Source: a virus
Length of the DNA: 64,000 bases
Strand: one strand, 5' to 3'
Virus record (IMG/VR): IMGVR_UViG_3300017749_000005
Span: 1-64,000 of that record
The notes below the pieces were generated by a model that did not search any database, was not told where the DNA came from, and was given only the letters and a program-made list of their open reading frames with translations. The translations under genes and the position numbers were made by a program. This document shows, in pieces, positions 29,246 through 37,582 of the stretch. Positions within the stretch are counted from its first letter, which is position 1; the number at the start of each line of letters is the position of its first letter.

Positions 29246-30517
29246 TTATTTTTTAAACTTAAATTTTAATTTAGAAGAATCATCACCTAACACTTTAAAC
29301 TTCAATCCACTAGAATTAACTGAACCAGCAAGATCTTGTCTTGGATTCATATCGATGTTCTTAGACTTGGCTATACTTTGTTTTAAAGCATCAGCTTTAC
29401 CTTGTTCGTAGAAATGGCTTGCAATAGCATCTGGATTCATTGCTGTAAATAAAGATTTATGATAACCCTTAGCATCTGACATTTCATTCTTATCGTTTAG
29501 AAACTTTCTAACAAAATTATTAATGTCACTCTGGGTACTCTTAACCTTATCAGCTTCCTTCACGTTAAATCTATATCTCTTTTCACCAACATTATATTCA
29601 AAACCTTTGAATTCGTTAGAGAAAACTTCATTAGTTTTCTTTTGAAATAATGATTTTTGCTTTTCAGCTATCTTAGTATTATTTTCTGACTCTTTATTAT
29701 AACGATTGAAGAAATCAATTGCTTTTTGCTGCTCAGGTGCTAACTTAGAACCCATTTTGATATCTTCATAATATTTAGACTTTAACCCGTCTAGATGGCT
29801 TTTAGCATTAGCTACTTGCTCTTTTAATGCTAATTTTTTTCTTTTAATATCTCTTTCATCATCAATATCTTCATCATAAGAAAAATTATCATTCATCAAA
29901 AAATCAATCTCATCATTATCTAAATGAGGCTTTGTTGATTTGTAATATTCTTTTAATAATTGATTTTGATCTAAAGAGGTGTAATCTTGATTTAGCTTAA
30001 CATAATCTTCTAAGCTTCCTCCAGTTTCTTTCATGAAGTCAACAACCTTCTGTATATTTTCAGGTAAATCTTCTCCAGTTTGTTTTTGTTCTTCTACAGC
30101 TTCCTTAACCTCATCGATTAGTTCTTCTGTTTGTTCTTTTACTTCCTCGTCAGTTATCTCCTCGAGAACGCTGTCTTGCTCATCCTTGGAAACTTGTTCT
30201 TTATTTTCTTCTGAGGCTTGATCTGTGGCATCTTGTTTTCCCAACTCTTCGATTGGTGCTGATGATCCATCGGATGTTTCTGGTTTTTCTGTTGCATTTT
30301 CTTCTTTTTGCTCTTCTTTAGTAATCACATCTTCTTGAGATTTCTTAATCTCCCTAAGATCTATTTTAATAGTTTCTTCTTTTTGTTTTTTCATAGATGG
30401 TTTTTTCTTAACCTTAAATTCAGGTTCTTTATCAACCACCTCATCTTTTACTTGTACTTCTTTATTTTCAGTTGTAGTGTCTACAACCTCTTCTAGTTGT
30501 TCTTTTTTCTTAGCCAT
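29246..30517 (-). CDS. Scaffolding protein
   Basis: 423 aa, extremely acidic and K/E-rich helical sequence, located between the portal and capsid genes. Confidence 0.6.
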   Translation of the reverse strand: MAKKKEQLEEVVDTTTENKEVQVKDEVVDKEPEFKVKKKPSMKKQKEETIKIDLREIKKSQEDVITKEEQKEENATEKPETSDGSSAPIEELGKQDATDQASEENKEQVSKDEQDSVLEEITDEEVKEQTEELIDEVKEAVEEQKQTGEDLPENIQKVVDFMKETGGSLEDYVKLNQDYTSLDQNQLLKEYYKSTKPHLDNDEIDFLMNDNFSYDEDIDDERDIKRKKLALKEQVANAKSHLDGLKSKYYEDIKMGSKLAPEQQKAIDFFNRYNKESENNTKIAEKQKSLFQKKTNEVFSNEFKGFEYNVGEKRYRFNVKEADKVKSTQSDINNFVRKFLNDKNEMSDAKGYHKSLFTAMNPDAIASHFYEQGKADALKQSIAKSKNIDMNPRQDLAGSVNSSGLKFKVLGDDSSKLKFKFKK

Positions 30518-30547
30518 AATATAATATAATAAAAAATTTAAAAAAAA

Positions 30548-32974
30548 TTACTTAGGATCAAAAGCACCCATATTAAAACCACCTTTCATCACATCATTAC
30601 CTGATGATTCAAAGTTTTTAGGAGGTTTTTGATTAGTTCTTTGATCTATTAACTCTGATTGTTGACTTGCTTGTATTTTAGTTCTTTCATCTTTTCTGTC
30701 TTCTTTCTGAGTTTCTTTACCTTTAGTAGCTTCAACTTCCATTTTTCGCAGTTGCATGTTTAACTGAAATTCTAGTTGCATTAATTGCTTTTTTAACTGA
30801 GCTTCCTGATTCATTTTTTTAGACTCTAATTGAGATTTAACCTGCTCTAATTCTGTATTTATAGCTACTAAAGATTGTTGCTTTCTTATATCAGATTGAG
30901 CAGCTGCTTCTTGAGATCTAGCGTTTGCATCTGCCTGTGCATTAATATTTTGTTGTTGTATTAATTGATCTCTTTCTTGTTTTTTCTTTCTTCTAATTTT
31001 TAATAATTGATTAGCTAGTTTTATATTTTTTATTTCTCTAAGATCAATAGCATCCTCAAGATCTATACCTTTCTGCGCTACAGCAACTTGTATATTGTTT
31101 TCTAACATCTGTTTTTCCTCTTCATCAGGTGTTAGTTCTATAAATACACCAAAGTCATGTAGATGCAAGTTAGAAATTTCTTCCAGCGTTGCTACACTAT
31201 GTACTCCTATACTTTGTATAAAAGCTTGTTTAGCAGGTGAGTATTCTATTATATCAGATATTCTAAGAGAAAGTCCTTCAGCTAATTCAGATGTTAAAAA
31301 TAAACCAGCATCTAGTATATGTCTTGTTGCAACGTTAGAATTTGCAGCTGCTAGCTTTTGAATACCTACTAAAGCATCTTTACTTGGCATACTACCATCT
31401 CTAGCTTCGTTTAATCCAGTTACATCTCTTATCATTTGTAGATAATAGTTATAAGTTTGTATTAAACTCTGCATTTTAGCCCCACCATTACCACTTGCTA
31501 TTTCTTGTATAGGCACTTTTCCTGGATTCATATCACCTTCAGATGTAAGAGATCTGCCTATAATACTACCTGTTTGAAAAAACATATTTAGTGCTTCTTG
31601 AGGATTGTAGTTTGTTCCGTTACCTAAATCAACTTCTGCTATACCATCAGCATCTAAATAAACACCATCAGGTATCATTCTAGACATAACCTGCTGTAAC
31701 TTAAGATGAGTTAACTGAATCATATCAGCAAAACCAGTTATTCTACCAACTAAAGACTCTATTTTACCATTATACATTCTGGGAGCTACTATAGAATAAT
31801 TCATTTTAACTTTTGAACTATCACTTTTTGGCCTCATCATGTTTTTAGCCATCTCCCATTTTAATAACTTTTTAGTACCTAAAACCAAAGCTCCTTCATA
31901 TAAAACCTCTAGTGATCTAGATACTTTTTCAAAGTTTTCATCTAATAGTTCTTCTGGAGGATTAAAAGTATCATCTTTTACTATAACCTTGCTAGCACCT
32001 GACCCAGTTGTTTTAACTTTATAAACTTCATTCATATAAGTTTTATAATTAAAATATAAAACTTCTATTTGGTTTCTATCTACGTAACTATCGTTTAAGT
32101 GCGTTCTACTATAACCATTTTTCTTAGAGTGAGGTTGTTCCATTATATCTCTAAGATCTTCTTCTGATAGTTCTGGAAATTCTTTTTTTAACTCATTGAT
32201 AGGTATAACCTTAACTTCACCAGCATAATATATGTCTTCAAAATAAGGAGACTCTGTATAAGAATAAACAAGGTTTGATGGATCAACATATTCAACCTTA
32301 ACTCCTTCTGATTTAGAAAAAGTATTTTTAACAGCACCTATACCAATAACTGTTAAATCTTGATTAACTCTTTTTCTAGTTAATTCATATCTGTTTTTAT
32401 CTAAAATAGTATTTATAGCCTGTTCTTCTGCTAACTCAACAGATTGCTTGTAAGATAATTGCATGTGTAAATCCAGTTCTTCTCTTGATCCAGGTAATTC
32501 TTCTTCTGTTGTATTAGATGTATCTACACCTGTTTGATCAAAAACAAACTTAGTCATATCCTTTGTTCTCATATCAACTAATATATCTTTCATATATTTA
32601 GTTCTCTTGTGTAATCCATAGGGATCTTGAGAGTAAGCTTTTATATCATATGTTCTCTCTGATATACCATTAACAACTATATCAACAAATTTAGTTATAA
32701 TAGGTACTGGCTTCCAGTCTAGGTTTAGATAAGATAAATCACCATTTATAGATAATTCATCTTTATATTTCTGTATAGATTGTTCACCTCTAGAGTATAA
32801 TCTTAACCTATGAAAACTAGTTTCGTTACTTTTAAACCTGTTAGTGCCTGATTCAGATCCAAACCATTCGTTTTCAATAGCTTTACCAACTTCAAGTCCA
32901 TACTCAAAGCTAACTTTTTCAATATCACTTACCGTTTGACTAGGAAATAAATTTTTGTTAATTGACTCGGCCAT
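30548..32974 (-). CDS. Portal protein with long C-terminal helical extension
   Basis: 808 aa, immediately downstream of terL. The last ~150 aa are Q/K/E-rich coiled-coil-like sequence. Confidence 0.7.
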   Translation of the reverse strand: MAESINKNLFPSQTVSDIEKVSFEYGLEVGKAIENEWFGSESGTNRFKSNETSFHRLRLYSRGEQSIQKYKDELSINGDLSYLNLDWKPVPIITKFVDIVVNGISERTYDIKAYSQDPYGLHKRTKYMKDILVDMRTKDMTKFVFDQTGVDTSNTTEEELPGSREELDLHMQLSYKQSVELAEEQAINTILDKNRYELTRKRVNQDLTVIGIGAVKNTFSKSEGVKVEYVDPSNLVYSYTESPYFEDIYYAGEVKVIPINELKKEFPELSEEDLRDIMEQPHSKKNGYSRTHLNDSYVDRNQIEVLYFNYKTYMNEVYKVKTTGSGASKVIVKDDTFNPPEELLDENFEKVSRSLEVLYEGALVLGTKKLLKWEMAKNMMRPKSDSSKVKMNYSIVAPRMYNGKIESLVGRITGFADMIQLTHLKLQQVMSRMIPDGVYLDADGIAEVDLGNGTNYNPQEALNMFFQTGSIIGRSLTSEGDMNPGKVPIQEIASGNGGAKMQSLIQTYNYYLQMIRDVTGLNEARDGSMPSKDALVGIQKLAAANSNVATRHILDAGLFLTSELAEGLSLRISDIIEYSPAKQAFIQSIGVHSVATLEEISNLHLHDFGVFIELTPDEEEKQMLENNIQVAVAQKGIDLEDAIDLREIKNIKLANQLLKIRRKKKQERDQLIQQQNINAQADANARSQEAAAQSDIRKQQSLVAINTELEQVKSQLESKKMNQEAQLKKQLMQLEFQLNMQLRKMEVEATKGKETQKEDRKDERTKIQASQQSELIDQRTNQKPPKNFESSGNDVMKGGFNMGAFDPK

Positions 32975-32978
32975 ATTT

Positions 32979-35189
32979 TTACTTTATTATTGTTGATGAG
33001 CTTCCTTCGTTTTTATATCTTGAAAAGCTAATATTTATATTTTGTTTTTCTCTTTTAACATTAGGTGCATATAAATTTCTATTGCAAGCCATAACAGCTA
33101 AACCTGAACTTATTGCTGCATCAAATTTTGTTCTATTATTTATATCAAATCTAGACCAATCATTTAATGTTCTATTGAAATATATATCGCCGTAGTTGCC
33201 ATTAGTTTTTAAACCAACGTGTTCTTGTATGTACATCTCAATAGCTGCTGCATGTGCTTGCCTAATGTCCTCACTAGAGTTGGGTATGCCACCAATCTCT
33301 TTTTCTGTAGTAGATAATTTGTTCCAACTTCTATCAGGTCTGTTCATAGAATAACCTCTATAACCTCTACGTCTTAAATAATATAAAAGTCTAGGTTTGT
33401 TATTCTCAGCTAGTATTGGCATACCATAAAATATTAATGCCATCAAAACATCTTCAAAGAACATCTCAGCAGTCTGAGGTCTAGCAATGTATTCTAAGAA
33501 AAAGTGATTAGGAGGAGCATCTTCCATGGAAAATTTGGTGAGTCCATGCAGTGCTCCTTTGGAACCTAGCCCGTCGACCGTCCCCGAAATATCATAACTA
33601 TCACATCCAAATGCACCCATATGCTCGTTGCCCGGTGTCTTATAACCGTTACGTTCAACAACTCTATTTTGTAAGTGAGCAGGTGGTATCCAACTTATTT
33701 TGAACCTACCTTTTGGGTCTGGATAAAATATAACTTGTGAATCTTTAATACCGTTAACCCATTGAAAACTGCCTGTGTTAACTACTGAAGATCCTGATAT
33801 GTCTTCATTATAATCTATTTGTTCGTATATTTTAGTTAAGTTAAATATACTATTCTTAGTTTCATCTCTAAACGCGTGTTCCTCTGTTCTAGGAAACTGT
33901 CTATAAAATTCATTTAATGCATCTGGATCATTTTTTAAACCATCAACTTCATTTTGCCAATGCTCTAATATACCAATGTCTATGTATTCACCAAAAGGTC
34001 CTTTTACCTCATTGTCTGGTGTATCAAAAACAGGGTAACCATATTCATCTATAAATCCTTCATAGTTCCACTCCATTGGAATAAACAAACTATAAAGACC
34101 AGAACTTGTTTGCCCGTTTTTATTTCTTTTTTCTACGTTGGAATCTCTGTATAGTTTCTTAAAATTCTCACCACCTTTGTCTAAAGCATTAGACGTGGAT
34201 CCCATCATACATTTACCTATTACTCTACTACCTAATCTTAACGTTGTTTTGGTGACACGCCAGTTATTGAGTATGTTGTTCGGCCTTTCCCACTTCCCTG
34301 ATTCATCATGAACGAGGAGTTTGAGTTTCTCTCCATCGTAGGAGTTATCACCCGTGTTCTTCCAGTCGATGGTTGTGTCCAAGCCTTGTAGATCTTCTGG
34401 TTTGTCAGTACTCGTGATACTCCGTCTTGTAAGTTTTGATGCTGGGACTCTGAAAGCAAGCTCTGTTTTAGGTCTATCCATACCGTCTTGGATCGGTTTA
34501 AAGAAGAACGGGTAGTTGACGGATATTGGCACGACTTTGTCAGTGAACATCTTTTTAGCATCGGGACCAGACTTGGACAAAATCCCGTAGCGTGCATCAC
34601 TGGATATTGTTGCCAGGTTAACGGTTTCACCACTCGCCATGAAAGAGAACCCTGACCGTCTATTCTTAAGGTAACACATTCCATAACATCGTACATCGGC
34701 CTTACAGGCTTCCCAAAATATATAGAATAATCTATTGGCCTCGCGAAAGTCTGGTTTCCCGACGTCAATCTTACTCCACTGCAAGTACATGTAATGAGAG
34801 CCAGTAATATAAGTAGAAATATTGTTGTTATAATACCATAAGCCTTCATCTCTAATTTTGAACTCATCTTCTATATATTCTATGTATCTCTCTTTAAAGT
34901 CGTTAGGATATTCTTTCCAATCAAATATGGTTTTAATTTTACTTAATTCCTTAGGATATTCTTTTGGTTCGAACTTGTTGCTTTTAAACTTTACTATAGC
35001 TTCAGCTTTTGGCAAAGCAATTTTTAATCCTTGTATGCTATACACATCGCCGATTTTGCCTGTCTTACTAATAACAACAACATCATGCTCTTTGTTATAA
35101 CCGTAATTCCATTTCTTGGTTCTGTTGAGTCTAGATATAGTACTTTTCTTTATTGGTTCTATAACCTCATATAAAGTTTGTTCGTACAT
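32979..35189 (-). CDS. terL: Terminase large subunit
   Basis: 736 aa. It has a Walker-A-like LKNRRSGFS, a Walker-B-like KLLVHDESGKWE, and a C-terminal nuclease-like GAFGCDSYD. It sits upstream of the portal gene. Confidence 0.8.
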   Translation of the reverse strand: MYEQTLYEVIEPIKKSTISRLNRTKKWNYGYNKEHDVVVISKTGKIGDVYSIQGLKIALPKAEAIVKFKSNKFEPKEYPKELSKIKTIFDWKEYPNDFKERYIEYIEDEFKIRDEGLWYYNNNISTYITGSHYMYLQWSKIDVGKPDFREANRLFYIFWEACKADVRCYGMCYLKNRRSGFSFMASGETVNLATISSDARYGILSKSGPDAKKMFTDKVVPISVNYPFFFKPIQDGMDRPKTELAFRVPASKLTRRSITSTDKPEDLQGLDTTIDWKNTGDNSYDGEKLKLLVHDESGKWERPNNILNNWRVTKTTLRLGSRVIGKCMMGSTSNALDKGGENFKKLYRDSNVEKRNKNGQTSSGLYSLFIPMEWNYEGFIDEYGYPVFDTPDNEVKGPFGEYIDIGILEHWQNEVDGLKNDPDALNEFYRQFPRTEEHAFRDETKNSIFNLTKIYEQIDYNEDISGSSVVNTGSFQWVNGIKDSQVIFYPDPKGRFKISWIPPAHLQNRVVERNGYKTPGNEHMGAFGCDSYDISGTVDGLGSKGALHGLTKFSMEDAPPNHFFLEYIARPQTAEMFFEDVLMALIFYGMPILAENNKPRLLYYLRRRGYRGYSMNRPDRSWNKLSTTEKEIGGIPNSSEDIRQAHAAAIEMYIQEHVGLKTNGNYGDIYFNRTLNDWSRFDINNRTKFDAAISSGLAVMACNRNLYAPNVKREKQNINISFSRYKNEGSSSTIIK

Positions 35190-35467
35190 TATTTAGACCT
35201 CCTTTCAGCAAAGCCACCAAACGATACATCCTTATCTGTATCAACAGGTACTTTATTTTCTAATATATTCTCTTCCTCTTGTATTCTATTAAGTATTTCA
35301 AATGCATCAAAGATAGCTAGTTTCTTAGTCGCTGCTGCATTCTTTAGTCTATCAGCAGATATATCGTCATCTGAATCAACTATTGCCTCCTTGGCTACCT
35401 TAATTAATTCCTCAACTGCTACTTGCCCAGCTTGGATTATATTCCTCTTCGTTTCCTTGATATTCAT
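35189..35467 (-). CDS. 92-aa helical protein directly upstream of terL (small-terminase candidate, weak)
   Basis: Its stop overlaps the terL start. The protein is helical and acidic. The assignment is positional only. Confidence 0.3.
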   Translation of the reverse strand: MNIKETKRNIIQAGQVAVEELIKVAKEAIVDSDDDISADRLKNAAATKKLAIFDAFEILNRIQEEENILENKVPVDTDKDVSFGGFAERRSK

Positions 35468-36017
35468 ATTTGATTGAAATAAAATTAGTCATAACTCTGT
35501 ATAGTCTTTCACCATCTATTACAAATTCATATTCACTGTTAGGTAGAAATCCTACAAGATCACCATTGTTTATACCGTAACTAATTAACTCATCGTTAGT
35601 TAGTTTCATAACACCTGTTAATGGTTTCTCCTTATCAATATCAAATTTACCGTCTTGATGTATGGGCTTTACAAAGCAAAACCCTTTTATAGCGTACCAC
35701 TTATTATTTCTTTTGTAAGAAAAGATTTGATCCTCCCTAACACAATAAGTGTTTTCATCTAGAAAACTTCTACTATTTTTTTCTTCACCGTGCACGTTAT
35801 GCCATCTTCTAAATACGTTATGATGAACTATAATCTCATCACCTACTTGTAATTCAGTTTCTATAGCTAATGGTAAATGTTTTATAACTGCTTCTCTACT
35901 AACGTATTGATGATTAAAAATCTCTGTATTTAATACAAGTTCTTTATCACCAACTTTCTTAGTGTTGTTGTATCTAGTATTCTTTGGTTCGATTATAAAA
36001 TCATAAATACTCTTCAT
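35412..36017 (-). CDS. Hypothetical 201-aa protein
   Basis: Tightly coupled ORF of unknown function. Confidence 0.5.
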   Translation of the reverse strand: MKSIYDFIIEPKNTRYNNTKKVGDKELVLNTEIFNHQYVSREAVIKHLPLAIETELQVGDEIIVHHNVFRRWHNVHGEEKNSRSFLDENTYCVREDQIFSYKRNNKWYAIKGFCFVKPIHQDGKFDIDKEKPLTGVMKLTNDELISYGINNGDLVGFLPNSEYEFVIDGERLYRVMTNFISIKYEYQGNEEEYNPSWASSS

Positions 36018-36295
36018 TAATACTGTAGATTATACTCAACAGATACAGCCATATTTTTATTAAAGTCTTTCCATATCAAAACATCTTTTTCTTTCTTGAT
36101 ATAGATACTGTACTTATCGTCTTCTTCTATAATATTACAAATTGTATGCCCTCCGTAGACCTCTTGGCCCACGGAGTAATGCATAGCTTCATTTTTATAA
36201 TCTTTACCAATACTAATTTTACGTATTAGCTTGCTGCTCATCTTCTTTAATTGGTTCATAAGTTCCATCTTGAATATTGATAGATACTTTACCAT
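36017..36295 (-). CDS. Hypothetical protein (start ambiguous; internal ATG at 36241 reduces overlap with the upstream gene)
   Basis: The 92-aa track ORF overlaps 36219..36479 by 77 nt. The MSSKLIRK start at 36241 would leave a 23-nt overlap. Confidence 0.4.
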   Translation of the reverse strand: MVKYLSIFKMELMNQLKKMSSKLIRKISIGKDYKNEAMHYSVGQEVYGGHTICNIIEEDDKYSIYIKKEKDVLIWKDFNKNMAVSVEYNLQY

Positions 36296-36479
36296 ACTCT
36301 TTCTCTAACTTATCCTGTATTTCTTTCAACACTGTTTGGCTAGTAGCTAACTCATGAAGCATGTTATGCTTTTGAGTTTCCAACTGTCCAATCTGTAATT
36401 GACCTTGATTAATTATATTGACCCTACCTTGTAGTTCTTTTAACTCGTCTTCTTTAATTTTTAATACTATATCTTCCAT
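36219..36479 (-). CDS. 86-aa coiled-coil protein
   Basis: Heptad-like, E/K/Q-rich sequence. It is the first gene after a 47-nt gap. Confidence 0.45.
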   Translation of the reverse strand: MEDIVLKIKEDELKELQGRVNIINQGQLQIGQLETQKHNMLHELATSQTVLKEIQDKLEKEYGKVSINIQDGTYEPIKEDEQQANT

Positions 36480-36526
36480 TTTACTTTGTTTTATATGATT
36501 AAATTTAATTTACTTATAAATAGGTA

Positions 36527-36859
36527 TTACACACCAATTGTTTTTGTTACTACTGTTGGCGTGATTTTCTCTGCTATCTGAGCATTGATGCTATTTCTAA
36601 TAGATTCAACTTGCTCATCACCGAGTGCTGTTTGCACCCAAGCAATTACATCTTCTTCAGTTATATCAGCGAAAGCTGTAAAGGTACTCAAATCCTCAGT
36701 ATCTAAAGAGACTACTCCATAAGAATCTCCTGTATTCTTATCTTCCGTATCATCAACACCAGTTAGTCTCCAGTGTACATTAAAGATTACGTCTGCTTTA
36801 TCATCCTTCTTAGGATATGTATCAACTGTTTTACAGTTCCATGTATATGCTATCACCAT
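36527..36859 (-). CDS. Member 3 of a tandem triplicated small-protein family
   Basis: Trimmed to the ATG at 36859 (MVIAYTWNCK). It shares YTW..., FTAFADITEEDVIAWV and PTVV with the two upstream paralogues. Confidence 0.6.
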   Translation of the reverse strand: MVIAYTWNCKTVDTYPKKDDKADVIFNVHWRLTGVDDTEDKNTGDSYGVVSLDTEDLSTFTAFADITEEDVIAWVQTALGDEQVESIRNSINAQIAEKITPTVVTKTIGV

Positions 36860-36869
36860 TGTTTTTTGT

Positions 36870-37214
36870 TTAAATTTCATCCTCACCACCCCAAGGATTT
36901 GATTTTACTACTGTTGGTGGATTTTTTTGTGTTTTTATTTGAGAGGCTATATCAGCCTTAATGCTTACTAAGTCTAACTTTGGTTCTACCCAAGCCGTAA
37001 CTTGTTCTTCAGTTAAGTCAGCAAATGATGTAAATGAATCAGAGCTAGGTGCGTTAATTTCTACTGCACCTATAGCATATCCATGAAAATCTTCGCTATC
37101 AATAGTCTCTTTGCCAGTATACATATAGTGAATAATTTTCACTACATCTTGTAAGTCACCCTCTGTAGGTGCTGCATCGATATTTTTTATTGATAATTCG
37201 TATGATATAGCCAT
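36870..37214 (-). CDS. Member 2 of a tandem triplicated small-protein family
   Basis: 114 aa with DSFTSFADLTEEQVTAWV..KNPPTVV. Confidence 0.6.
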   Translation of the reverse strand: MAISYELSIKNIDAAPTEGDLQDVVKIIHYMYTGKETIDSEDFHGYAIGAVEINAPSSDSFTSFADLTEEQVTAWVEPKLDLVSIKADIASQIKTQKNPPTVVKSNPWGGEDEI

Positions 37215-37215
37215 A

Positions 37216-37578
37216 TTAATCTGTTTCTGGTCTAGGTGCTTCGTCCAAATCTTCCTCCTTTACCCAAGTAGGTGTATAATCATCGCTCTTAGGTGCTTTT
37301 TTATCTTCAATAATTTTTGCAATCATCTCTTGCATATGATCTACAGGATGATTTGCTTTTGCCCATTCAATTATTTCAGCCTCCGTTAATTTATCTATAG
37401 CTATGAAGCTATCTGAATTAGGTGCTCCAACTGGAACTGCTCCATCAAAAACTCCCTCGTTCCCATCAGAATCAACTCCCTTGTATTTAAACTTAATTCC
37501 TGTTACGACATCATCTAATCCATTTAGCGATGGTGCTTTTTTAAGTCCTGTTATAGTCCATGTATATGTTGTTGCCAT
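37216..37578 (-). CDS. Member 1 of a tandem triplicated small-protein family
   Basis: 120 aa with YTWTITGLKK...DSFIAIDKLTEAEIIEWA. Confidence 0.6.
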   Translation of the reverse strand: MATTYTWTITGLKKAPSLNGLDDVVTGIKFKYKGVDSDGNEGVFDGAVPVGAPNSDSFIAIDKLTEAEIIEWAKANHPVDHMQEMIAKIIEDKKAPKSDDYTPTWVKEEDLDEAPRPETD

Positions 37579-37582
37579 TGTT

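Noticed and set aside
34238-34867. 209-aa alternative-frame ORF inside terL (likewise 2274..2471 in nrdB and 3981..4247 in nrdA)
   Set aside because: All three coincide with local GC-rich patches where AT-rich stop codons are depleted. The overlapping frames carry the recognisable terL and nrd motifs.
35412-36017. Possible tandem GroES-like beta-barrel in the 201-aa protein (IIEP...VGDEIIV and VKPI...NGDLVGF)
   Set aside because: The similarity rests on short, common beta-hairpin patterns only. That is not enough to call a fold without profile or structure searches.
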